Shown here: positions 1-10,771 of the stretch, piece by piece
How the letters are laid out: each line of letters opens with the position of its first letter
How positions within the stretch are numbered: position 1 is the first letter of the stretch
From: Nemertoderma westbladi
Taxonomy: Eukaryota > Animalia > Xenacoelomorpha
Assembly (NCBI GenBank): GCA_032718475.1
Contig: JAUCBJ010000196.1
Location: 1-38,470, forward strand
Direction of reading: 5' to 3'
Length of the DNA stretch: 38,470 nt
Program-made: the position numbers and the translations under genes
Notes under the pieces: model-generated
What the model saw: the letters and a program-made list of their open reading frames with translations, nothing else
The model's database searches: none
Told to the model about the DNA's origin: nothing

Positions 1-28
1 TATCAGTTATCCCACAAAAGCTTTTACA
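1..28 (-). mobile_element. Terminal 28 bp of another copy of the same BEL/Pao LTR (outer end of a second element or a solo LTR, truncated by the window edge)
   Basis: TATCAGTTATCCCACAAAAGCTTTTACA is identical to 8113-8140 and 22458-22485. It is followed by AATTG..., which is neither the internal PPT flank (CCGCTCCC) nor the CCTCC TSD. Confidence 0.9.
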
Positions 29-1929
29 AATTGAATCACTCTTTTATTAACATTAAGATAAAAACAATATAAAGTCGAAAAATACAGTAGTTAGGTAAGT
101 ATGAAATAAGATCAGTTTTTAGTCTGATTGTAGTCTAGTCAGTGCCACATAAAATATACATTATATATATATATTATATTATTAAAACTCCAAATAACAA
201 TGAATCTTAATATAAATTAAAATACACACGAACTAACCCTGATTAATTATAATTAGGCCATAAAATAAGAAAAATATTTCATTATATTTTCTTATTATAT
301 TATTACATTATATATGTTATTATCTTATTATATATTTTTCTTATTAATATTTTCTTACGCATTTAGGCCTAATGTATTGTATAATATTTGTGTACTGTAA
401 GTACAATGTAATTCGTAGTATATATTGTACTATGCCAGAAATTGAACAATAATTTGAGAAGAAGGGCGGAACATCACCCGGGCTTATAGCACTTGCGGGG
501 GTCCGAAATTACAAATTTCTGTCAAAGTGGCAAAAATTAAATAAAACAATATCCTTAGTGATCGAAATATACTTCAATAAGTGGAGCGGAATGTTGCAAT
601 TTTTTATGTTAGTAGGCCCCCTAGCTAGATATATTTGTACCTTCTACAGTGCAGTATAATTAAACATTGTAGCGAGCGGCGTCAAGGTTGCTTAAAATCA
701 CTGCAATCTCGTGGATTCAGTCGTGCTGGACAGAAATAAATGTATCAGAATCTGGATCGGGTGAAATACACTACACACTTTTGAGAGTTATTGTTTATTT
801 AAATTTGTAAACAGAATATGGTTGCATTGTATAATATTATGCTGTGGGGTGTAGATACTCATAGGCCTGCTGTATGGTCTACTTTTTCATTATTTTAGGC
901 GGCTTCTGCAGCTATTGTGGGAAGGGGGAACAACCCACACCACACCAATAACGCATTGAGCAATTAATACCATAAGAATAAGAAACATCCTTCCAATTAA
1001 TTAATTTACTTTAGGACTGACTATATAGAGTAACTATAGAGAGGCACCTGTTGCAAATAATATTTCTCAGAAACTACTTTCGTCATAACGTATGTCATTG
1101 TTAACTACAGTGTGCCGGCACGCCCACACGCCGTACTGGTTCTTATTTAGGAATCATCCTAAGAGTTTTAGTATAAATTTAGTCGAACCGGTACCATAAT
1201 GTATGTATTAGACGCCATGTAAGAAATAAAAGTTTTATGTGGCATACATTCAGTACACTACACTGTTTACTACTGTAAATAATAAGTACACTATTATACT
1301 AGTGCACAGTAGTCAGTTGTTGATCTTAATGTTAACCTTACTTTTAGTTTTAGGTCGTTCATACTACCAATTCAAAAATCAAAGATAAATCTAAAGTAAA
1401 TTAACTTATCTTAAATGGGAAACAGAGGCTTTTTCCCGATATTAAGGGGTCAGAAGGTAACAAGCTGTTAGTTTCCATATATACAGTAGAAACGAGTGTT
1501 ATTATACCCAATGTATTTGAAGGTAAAAATCCAAGTAAGAGTTGCCTTTTGTTTCATTTCACTAAAACTTTAGATATGCCTATTGAAAAAAATGAGCAAA
1601 AAATTAGTTTATTTAATATAATCTGATAATTAATTAACCATAAATTATCTCGCATCGCAACTGCAAAAATCAACTTTGCTGGTACGTGGTACGGAGTTCT
1701 ACCTTGAACAAAGAACATGGCGAATTTATATTTGATGTGATTAATAATGTACAGTAGCTCCTAGCTATACTGTACTGTACAGTAGGTGGTACAGTGAGTA
1801 CCTCGGTCAGTCCGGTAGCGGTAGTTAAAAAATAAATATCGAAATTATGTGGGGATGAATAATAATAATATTTAACAAAAACATTATTTATTATTTATTA
1901 TACTGGTACTTCTATACTTGGTGCGGGAT

Positions 1930-2793
1930 ATGGCGAGCAGTCAAGCGTTGTCGATCGCTACCCAGAGACCCATGGAAGCCTTCCTTGCCGGGTCCGTTGG
2001 TGGATTTTGTTCCACCTACTTATTCCAACCTTTCGACGTACTAAAAACCCGTTTACAAACGCGACCGGTTGGCGACATCCGTCTGTACCGCCTAGCTGGC
2101 GAAGTTGTCAGACGCGAAGGCGTGTTCACCCTGTGGAGGGGAACAGTGCCCTCGCTGTTCCGTATAGTTCCGGGTGCCGGGGTTTATTATGCGACGTTAC
2201 ACACCGTTAAATCTTTCTTCTTCCCTACGACGCCGGTGGAATCGTTAGGCTCGACCACCGTGGTCGGTATAGCCGCGGTTTCCCGCACACTTCCGGTGGT
2301 TCTATTCCTCCCACTGACCACCATGAAGGCTCGGTACGAGAGCAATCTGTACGCGTACAGCGGTCTCCGATCCGCAATACGCGACGTTATATCCCGAGAA
2401 GGCTTCCGCGGTTTATACTCCGGAATGACTCCGACTCTTCTGCGAGACGTCCCCTACTCCAGTCTCTACCTACTGTTCTACACCCGCTTGAAACATTTAG
2501 TTCCGGCCTCTTTAATAGGAACTCCTTACGAATCTTCGTGCCGTTTCGTTTTCGGTATATTCGCTGGGGTCGCCGCCTCCACTATAACTCAACCCTTTGA
2601 TGTAATAAAGACTCACATGCAGTTACATTCGCGGCAACGCAATGTGTTTCTTGTGGTATATTATCTCGCCCGGAGTGATGGATTTCTCGGGTTCTATAAA
2701 GGTCTCTCAGCTAGACTGCTGCGTCGAGCCCTACTCAGCACTACCTCGTGGACTATATTCGAACAGTTTAATAGTCGTTTAAAGCTTTTTTAA
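1930..2793 (+). CDS. SLC25A38: Mitochondrial glycine transporter (SLC25A38/Hem25-like carrier), uninterrupted CDS, 287 aa
   Basis: Three carrier signatures Px[DE]xx[KR]: PFDVLKTRLQ, the degenerate PLTTMKARYES, and PFDVIKTHMQ. Subfamily-typical motifs AFLAGSxGGxCST, RYESxxYxY, LLRDVPYS and RRALLSTTSWTIFE are present. The first ATG is at 1930 (the ORF track starts at a TTG at 1918). AATAAA near 3035. Confidence 0.88.
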   Translation: MASSQALSIATQRPMEAFLAGSVGGFCSTYLFQPFDVLKTRLQTRPVGDIRLYRLAGEVVRREGVFTLWRGTVPSLFRIVPGAGVYYATLHTVKSFFFPTTPVESLGSTTVVGIAAVSRTLPVVLFLPLTTMKARYESNLYAYSGLRSAIRDVISREGFRGLYSGMTPTLLRDVPYSSLYLLFYTRLKHLVPASLIGTPYESSCRFVFGIFAGVAASTITQPFDVIKTHMQLHSRQRNVFLVVYYLARSDGFLGFYKGLSARLLRRALLSTTSWTIFEQFNSRLKLF

Positions 2794-3082
2794 GTTGTTT
2801 GCCTACCTCTTTCTACACGGCTGTAGATGCAATCTGCAGCCCCGCCTTTTTGTTGAGCCAGCTACTTTTGCTGCCGTTCCATAAGAAAATAATATGTTCA
2901 CTACTGCTAGAATAACTTCCGATTTTGCTTTTTATACAATTAATAGTAATATTATCTTAACTATATTTATTAATATAATTAATTATTAGTGTGTGTGGGT
3001 GGTGGCTCTGTTTTCTTTCCTGTTTCACTCTTTAAATAAAATTTTTATAACATAATTTTAGTTGTGTTTTTGTTTTGTATGT

Positions 3083-3279
3083 ACCGACAGCGACAACCAT
3101 TATCAAAGCTAATTAATGTCATTTATTAATTGAGGGAAATGAACAGCTTACAGTAGTGGAAGGTTATTGTAACCAAAACAATAAACGAGAGTCACGAACT
3201 CAGGTTTGTTACATTTTCATATTTGCTGTTGTCGGCAGTGGTTGTCGGCTGTCGGTTGTCGGCGTAGCGTTTACACCCC
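3083..3279. repeat. Small degenerate MITE-like inverted repeat
   Basis: ACCGACAGCGACAACCA (~3083-3099) is near reverse-complementary to TGGTTGTCGGCTGTCGGT (~3238-3255), with extra TGTCGG repeats. No TSD was identified. Confidence 0.35.
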
Positions 3280-3889
3280 ATTTTTACTGTATTTTATAAC
3301 TTTTTACACAACAACTACATTTCTGTATCATTAATCTCAGACAACCCGTGTAAAATCCTCCTTTTCCATTACCATTGCAAAATTAAGGGAAAGAAACCAA
3401 GCAAGTTCAATGGTGGTAGTTTCTAACCAAAACACTAAACTGTAACTCAATACACAGAATTCCATACCCGATTATAAGTAGTAATCAGATTTATCCAGGC
3501 ATGAGTGTCCCACTTACTCATCACTCACACACACGTTGCAGTCACAAACTCATGGAGGGTTACCTAATAATACCACCTTTTATGCAAAGTATTTTCCTCA
3601 TTGGTGCTACGAATTAACGATGTTTGTAAATAACAAATTAGCCATATTTATTTAGTAGGCCTCACTTATATAGTTTAACTATTATTATATTAATTATAAT
3701 TCAATAATATTTCAATTTGTCCCGTTAAATAATGAAACTTGTTAAGGTGCATGGTCCGATGGCTAGGCGGCGAAATAATTGGGTGAGCACGAAACAAAGA
3801 CTCAATGAATATATAGACCAGTACAAAACACATGTGTTAACTTTCGTTTATTATTTTGGCGCCTCTGTAACCTGCTCCTTTAAATGGCA

Positions 3890-5189
3890 ATGGGACATAA
3901 CGCTCATTGGGACCTAACGCTCTTTGGTACCTAACGCTCATTGGGACCTAACGCTCTTTGGTACCTAACGTCCTTTGGTACCTAACGCTCTTTGGGACCT
4001 AACGCTCTTTGGTACCTAACGCTCTTTGGTACCTAACGTTCTTTGGTACCTAACGTTCTTTGGTACCTAACGCTCTTTGGGACCTAACGCTCTTTGGTAC
4101 CTAACGCTCTTTGGTACCTAACGCTCTTTGGTACCTAACGTTCTTTGGTACCTAACGCTCTTTGGTGCCTAACGCTCTTTGGTACCTAACGTTCTTTGGT
4201 ACCTAACGCTCTTTGGTGCCTAACGCTCTTTGGTACCCAATGCTCTTTGGTACCTAACGTCCTTTGGTACCTAACGCTCTTTGGTATTGGTACCTAACGC
4301 TCTTTGGTACCTAACGCTCTTTGGGACCTAATGCTCTTTGGGACCTAACGTCCTTTGGTACCTAACGCTCTTTGGGACCTACGCTCTTTGGTACCTAACG
4401 CTCTTTGGTACCTAACACTCTTAGGTACCTAACGCTCTTTGGTACCTAACGCTCTTTGGTACCAAACGCTCTTTTGGACCTAACGTCCTTTGGGACCTAA
4501 CGTTTTTTTGGGACCTAACGTTCTTTGGTGCCTAACGCTCTTTGGTACCTAACGCTCTTTGGTACCTAATGCTCTTTGGTACCTAACGTCCTTTGGTACC
4601 TAACGCTCTTTGGTATTGGTACCTAACGCTCTTTGGTACCTAACGCTCTTTGGGACCTAATGCTCTTTGGGACCTAACGTCCTTTGGTACCTAACGCTCT
4701 TTGGGACCTACGCTCTTTGGTACCTAACGCTCTTTGGTACCTAACACTCTTAGGTACCTAACGCTCTTTGGTACCTAACGCTCTTTGGTACCAAACGCTC
4801 TTTTGGACCTAACGTCCTTTGGGACCTAACGTCCTTAGGTACCTAACGCTCTTTGGGACCTAACGTCCTTTGGTACCTAACGTCCTTTGGTACCTAACGC
4901 TCTTTGGGACCTAACGCTCTTTGGGACCTAACGTCCTTTGGTACCTAACGCTCTTTGGGACCTAACGTCCTTTGGTACCTAACGCTCTTTGGTACCTAAC
5001 GCTCTTTGGTACCTAACGCTCTTTGGTACCTAACGCTCTTTGGGACCTAACGCTCTTTGGGACCTAACGCTCTTTGGGACCTAACGCTCTTTGGGACCTA
5101 ACGTCCTTTGGTACCTAACGCTCTTTGGTACCTAACGCTCTTTGGTACCTAACGCTCTTTGGGACCTAACGCTCTTTGGTACCTAACGC
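3890..5189. repeat. 17-bp minisatellite, about 75 units of ACCTAACGCTCTTTGG(T/G), with a 329-bp higher-order duplication
   Basis: Uninterrupted tandem units with no spacers. Rare variants recur 329 bp apart: TTGGTATTGG at 4281/4610, CCTAACACTCTTAGG at 4411/4740, ACCAAACGCTCTTTTGG at 4461/4790. Confidence 0.97.
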
Positions 5190-5831
5190 GACTTTACCTC
5201 TTTGTTTTGTACAGGGGTTTCCATCACATCGTTTTGCATTATAGGCCAGATGGGACGCGTGTACCTGAAAAATCTCATACTACATAATCATTTATAATAA
5301 CATTGTATGAATTTCTATAGAAATATTTAATATATGTTGGTGGAAGTTGACGGTACACGTTATTAGTTTACGTATATTTGTCTGTGATTGGTTTAGTTTA
5401 CTGTTGTAAATAGTCATCGTAATTATGCGCATGCCGGGGCATGGTTCTTAGTTCGCTTAATGCAGTTGTGAAGTAATTTGTTTCGAGATTCGAATAAATT
5501 TTATTACATTTTATCATATCGAGTTGTTATACCTCCTTGTTTAATATTAATTATTTATACATTTTGATCACATTAAATACGGATAGTGATTGGAAATTTA
5601 GGAAGCAGGGTGTCATTGTCACACAAAGAGGGACGGGGGGGGGGGGGACTAATTAGAAATCATAAGAAATTGGCAGATACAAAGGCAAATCAAAGTAAAA
5701 TTTTTGCGAGTAATAAGTTGATATTTGCCCCTGGAGGGGGATGGATTTTGATTGCAACCAATCTTATCTGCACCGACAACCTTTTCAATATTTTGTCTGT
5801 AGTACTTGCCCACCCTGTTTAATGTAAAAAA

Positions 5832-6931
5832 TCCTCTTTCAGATGAGACAAATATTAAGTTAATAGCTCCAGTAGTTTTCGAAAATTTTCATTTTTTTAT
5901 CATTATATACTAAAAGAGCACCAAAAGTGCAAGTAGCACTTTTTTTAAACGTGGTAAATTGGCCGTACTGTGGCTACTGAGGTTTTAGAATGTGCTGATT
6001 TCATTGGGAAGGTTTATTCCTCTACATCAAACATATCGAAGAGTTGTGTATAATATAACAACATAGGGATGTTGTTATTTATATTAGTTATTAGTCAGCT
6101 ATTTGTGACCCCTGGAGAACGAAAAAACAAGTATTGGAATTATGGTAATGAAAAATCACCACGAAAACACGTTGATTTTATGACCATGTGGTTTTTTTGG
6201 GATGCTGATCACGAATATGACATTTGAAAATATCATACCTTGTTGATTACGGCTTTTTTGGATACGTGTCAATGTGCGGCACGAAAAATACAAATAGCAC
6301 AAATTTCATAATGAAAAATCATTACCAAATCAACCTGATTTTATAACATTTGGGGTTTTTTGGGATGCTGATCACGAATATGACACTCTTAAATATCGTA
6401 TTATCCATCCAACCAAATTTGATTTTTTCCCTTTGAAATTTTATGCTACTTGCATTTTTCGTCCCACCAGACAATCACGAAAAACGATAGTTGCGTTACC
6501 ACGAATTATTTTTAACGAGTTGTATCGTGATTAGCGACCTTGAAAACCAGTATAGTTTCAGAATTACCAAACCAAAGGCAAAATTTAACAGTTTCAAATT
6601 TTTGCTACTTGTACTTTTCGTTTTGGAGCACCAAAATTGGATTTGCACATACCAGATATATTTATAACTACTTTCATCGCGACCAGCTACCTCGGAAACA
6701 CGTATACGTGGTTGGAATTATCAAACAAAACACAAACGTTTTTAGTTTGACAGTTGTTTACTATTACATTTCGTCCTGGTGGTCCAAAAATAGCACCAAA
6801 AATGATTGATGCATTGCCAGAAAGTTTGACATGTTTTATCGTGATCAGCGTCCTCGAAATCCCTTATACCATCAATATTGTAATTTTTGAGCCAAGATCT
6901 AAAAAATTTCTGAGTAGAATTGAGATCCTCC
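5832..6931. mobile_element. Left part of an old foldback-like DNA transposon with modular long inverted repeats, interrupted by the BEL/Pao insertion
   Basis: 5832-5882 is an inverted copy of 23628-23678, and 5901-6016 of 23319-23447. Internal ~163-bp subunits are visible (GGGATGCTGATCACGAATATGACA at 6199 and 6362; inverted copy near 6838). Confidence 0.7.
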
Positions 6932-8140
6932 TGTTCGCGCTTTTGAAGACCTTTAGCAGTTTAACCTGCCAAAATTTATATGTCTTTTAGTTAATTAAAA
7001 CACCTTTAGCATACGACAATATTTTATGCTAATAAACAAAACATTACCCGAAGTCAGCCCATGCGCGATCATTCACCCGATGGATCTACACCCGGGAGGC
7101 TGAATTCGGCTGCTTAAATTTTATTATTGCAGTGTAAGGTTGCAGTGTAAACCTACTGTATTATTCGATTGATCGTTATTAATTAATTTCTGACAGATAT
7201 TATTGGCTTTCGGGAAATATTAACAGTTCCTTTAGGACGTGGCGCTCTATCTATTTAAACAGAACTAGGACTTATACTACACGCAACGATACTGCTTATG
7301 ATTAAAGTATAAAGCGCATTCTTTAGGAAATGCTTTGTTGCCAATCACAATCATGCACACTATTCTGCCGACCGTCAGTAAATTTGATCACACATAAAGA
7401 GAGCAGCAATTGACCCATGTAGGGTCTGCTAAATAACATTAGATTCAATACACACCACATTAATATAAATCGCAATTGCTATATATAGCCTGTCTCTCTA
7501 ACCTGTAGTGTATCAAGAAAATTGGGAAATTTGGGTGATTTATCAGTATTCTCCAAAGAGCAATATTTCCATCAACAAATAGATACAATTAATAACTGAC
7601 GGTAAATAACAGTACAAACAATATGATTAATAGTGAGTTAATTAGATCAGATAAGATTGATTGATTAGTTGATTGAGTTAGGTAACAGTTTATACTTTCG
7701 ATAATTTAAGCAGTTTTACTAGAGTTCTTCCCAAAAAGCCGGTGTTATGGCGAAAAATGGGAACACAACAACAGAATCATATAAAATCATATGACTACAT
7801 AAACCTATACGAGGATACCAACTACCCTTATTCCACGAAGCTCCCGTTCAACACAGAGGATGAGCATAGAGATAGGAAATTCAGTTCAGTAGCTCTGGGA
7901 TAGGTCGAAATCAACGCCCACTCAAATTCTATTGGCCGACACGGACAGCAGGGCAGAGGCAACCTCCCTAAACTAGTTGGCCGATTAAACTGAGCCCAGA
8001 TATCTCCGTACAGCACATCAGCCAATAAGCTGGTAGCTTGCACTATTTTAGTTATAAATCCCTTTGAGAGTATTCTAGCGACTGGGGGGGAACTGGCCAG
8101 CAAAGGCAAACGTATCAGTTATCCCACAAAAGCTTTTACA
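6932..8140 (-). repeat. 3' LTR of the BEL/Pao element (1209 bp)
   Basis: Direct repeat of 21277-22485. The only difference noticed is C7415 versus T21760. Candidate AATAAA on the minus strand at 7120-7125. Confidence 0.97.
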
Positions 8141-8150
8141 CCGCTCCCAG
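8141..8150 (-). promoter_or_regulatory. Polypurine tract (short)
   Basis: The minus strand reads CTGGGAGCGG immediately before the TGT of the 3' LTR, which is the PPT position. Confidence 0.7.
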
Positions 8151-8218
8151 AAAATGGGATTTAAGTCTATAAAATATACAAAATCACAGTTTCTAAAATA
8201 TAAAAATACTCTAAACAG

Positions 8219-9268
8219 TTAGTCTTTCTTGCGCGGACGGCGTTTACGCAGTTTTTTAAAGCTAGCAAGAGTCCTTTTCTCTTTGGGGCGAGCTACTTTA
8301 CGAGGAGGGCTATAACTCCGGGGTGAAGGGTGCAATATGATTGCATCAGAAGGTATGGGATTACGATCGGTATATCCGCCGGTCGAAGTACCGGGTTGAT
8401 TGACATCAACGTCCGGGGAGAGGGGTCTAACGGCTTTGAGAGCTCGTTTCAAGACAGCCGCTCTTACGGGTCCTTTACGAGTGGTCTGAACGAGGGCCGT
8501 GGGTGGACCATAGGCAGTTAGAAACTTCCTTGGTTTAATGGTTCTTTCCAACTCGCGTTCGCAGGCTCTGTACTCGTAAGGCCGTCGATATACTTCTTGT
8601 AACTCGGGGTGTGAGTTGACAAATAAGTCTCCATAGGCCGGATCTTGACGGATGAAGTTTATTAAGTTGTACGAATTGATGTCACTCGGATTAATGCTCC
8701 TGAGAAATTTGCGTACATATTTGGTTGAAATACATTCTCCAACGCGCTTCAATAGTTCATAACTTGATAGGCGTGATTTCTGCTCGACGGAGGCAAACAA
8801 ATAAGGATGGAACGCATAAACTCCTTCGTAAGCGCGTCCAGGATAATAGCGATGGCGTGAATCACAATGTAAATCAGCGTTCGCTTCCCAAGCTCTGATA
8901 TAACGTAGTACAATCATTTCATCTACGCTCTCTAAATCATGGTTAAAGGGACAATCAAAGCTGGCGTGTCCTTTTAATTGACAATGATGACATTGAGTCA
9001 TAAATTGGGGGCAGACAGCAAAAATGTGCAAATTATTAAGCCGACAATATGCACAATAGATTTCCATCGACGGTTGCTCGTGGAAATAGGAACAAAGATC
9101 GTTGGTGTCCATAGACGTAATATGGTCTCTCGATGCGCACAACCGACAACGTTGCCGAGAAACATAGTTGACATGGCGATAATCGTACGCAGTGAGACAC
9201 TGTGGACCTTGATACCATTCTAGGATGTAATCGTTGTCGCTGTTCCGAGCGCGATAGGCTGAATCTCC
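8219..9268 (-). CDS. Element-encoded accessory protein, C-terminal part: tandem CCHC zinc knuckles and a basic NLS-like tail; not an envelope protein
   Basis: The frame is open from 9268 to the stop at 8219 (first in-frame ATG at 9112). Motifs CAYCRLNNLHIFAVC and CHHCQLKGHASFDC (CX2CX4HX4C); C-terminus KKLRKRRPRKKD. No signal peptide or transmembrane stretch. Confidence 0.7.
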   Translation of the reverse strand, partial: GDSAYRARNSDNDYILEWYQGPQCLTAYDYRHVNYVSRQRCRLCASRDHITSMDTNDLCSYFHEQPSMEIYCAYCRLNNLHIFAVCPQFMTQCHHCQLKGHASFDCPFNHDLESVDEMIVLRYIRAWEANADLHCDSRHRYYPGRAYEGVYAFHPYLFASVEQKSRLSSYELLKRVGECISTKYVRKFLRSINPSDINSYNLINFIRQDPAYGDLFVNSHPELQEVYRRPYEYRACERELERTIKPRKFLTAYGPPTALVQTTRKGPVRAAVLKRALKAVRPLSPDVDVNQPGTSTGGYTDRNPIPSDAIILHPSPRSYSPPRKVARPKEKRTLASFKKLRKRRPRKKD

Positions 9269-9667
9269 TCAGATTCTAGACATATTGGTTCGTCTTCCCA
9301 GTCTGTTACGAATATAATTTTCGTGATCTATTCTCGGTTTATCGTTACGACTCCGCTGGGTATGATATTTAAATAGAACCATTTCCCTTTCGGTGTATAC
9401 ATCGTCCGTATCATGTAAATCGATAGGATGGCCGGTAGTTAGGAAGTCCATATACGTACCATTACGATGCGTATAGCGAGCGGTTAATTTTCGATAGTCC
9501 AATTCACGCGTAAGTTGCTCTTGGGACATCGGCGGTTCGATATAACGACCATCGTCCTCCGTAATAGTCGGATCGGCTTCACCGCGTATCAAGCTATCCA
9601 CAAACGCTTGTAAAGGTAGAGTATATCGCTCCCTGATACCAAGGTCATCTTCTATCAATTCCGTCAT
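9269..9667 (-). CDS. Element-encoded accessory ORF, N-terminal part (132 aa, unknown function), in frame with 8219-9268 across one TGA
   Basis: ATG at 9667, coding-like composition, ending ...ATC TGA. The next 42 codons are open and lead directly into the 307-aa ORF. Confidence 0.62.
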   Translation of the reverse strand: MTELIEDDLGIRERYTLPLQAFVDSLIRGEADPTITEDDGRYIEPPMSQEQLTRELDYRKLTARYTHRNGTYMDFLTTGHPIDLHDTDDVYTEREMVLFKYHTQRSRNDKPRIDHENYIRNRLGRRTNMSRI

Positions 9668-10479
9668 ATCTGCTATCTGAGTTTATTAATATCAGTATGA
9701 GTTAATATTTAGGTAAGCGGGCGTCGCTGCTTACTAGTCTTTGCCCTCGGACAGTGGGTTTCTCAGCGCCGATGTACCGTTGTCGCAGTGTTTACGCCAA
9801 CATGTAGCAACAGCACGACAACGATAACCGGCACAAGTCCCACCACTGCCCGTCCCAAAGGCTTGAATCCACTTGAGGTTATCTCGGTAGAGTTAGGGCT
9901 ACTTTACAATTGCGATTAGCTACTGTAAACACACTTTAGTAGTAACATTCACCTATAAACGCACAAATTCCATACAATCATTACTTACTGCACACATGCA
10001 TGCCATTTGTCCGTTAGTCAGTATCTTCCAGAATGTCACGTTATTACTATGTATCCTTGGATACTAATAGTGCGCTATGTATACTCTTATGCTACGCAAT
10101 GGGGCAAGCTTTTTATTGTTCCTTTAACTTGCTTCTAATTCTAGCGTGGGTGTTGCCATGGTGACATTATGGAAAACTAGCGGTAGAATTAGGGCAATTC
10201 TCATGTATACAGATCTGGGATGTTATTTAATAGTAATTCTTTAATTGTCAATATCCTCTTTATGCATGATTTTATAAATTTTATCGGCTATTGACTATAT
10301 ATTGGAGATTCTCGCACTCTAGTACACTCAATATGAATCTCCGCTCCCATGATCTATTAATTACTGGAATTTTGGGAATGTTATAAATTGCACAAAATGA
10401 CAATTTATGAAATTCATTTGAATATGAATTTAAATTTATTCCCGTGAATTTTATTATTTGATGTTAAGTTGACACAAAT

Positions 10480-10771
10480 TTTATTCCAGAGCATATCTGG
10501 GGACTTAGGATCCTTAATTCTATAAAATAGTCCTTCTAAGAATATCGGTAAATGCTGCGATATCTTAATTGACTAGAAATTTTAAAGGATCTGAAATTTA
10601 CAGATTTTAATAAATATGAAATTAATATTTAGGATGAGCACCGATTTATTCCAGAACTTGTCTGGGGACGTTAACCACTGATTCTAGAATTTGTCTTTCA
10701 AGTATATCGGTGGGTGCCACGATATCTTAATCGACTAGAATTACAGATGGTCAAAAAGTTTAACAGATTTA
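10480..10771. repeat. Diverged tandem duplication (165-bp period) in the pol-accessory ORF intergenic region
   Basis: TTTATTCCAGA-N5-TCTGGGGAC ... TATCGGT ... CGATATCTTAATYGACTAGAA ... ACAGATTTTA starts at both 10480 and 10645. Confidence 0.8.

Noticed and set aside
3890-5189. CRISPR array or telomeric tract
   Set aside because: The units are contiguous with no unique spacers, there are no cas genes, and the context is eukaryotic. CCTAA is only part of a 17-bp unit, not a tandem telomere repeat.
7828-8109. 93-aa ORF in each LTR (also 22173-22454)
   Set aside because: It starts at TTG, has no recognisable motif and lies in the presumed U3. Its duplication simply reflects the LTRs.
9760-9900. 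Short hydrophobic frame (AVVGLVPVIVVVLLLHVGV) as an env remnant
   Set aside because: Only about 45 codons, bounded by stops, with no ATG. This is insufficient evidence.
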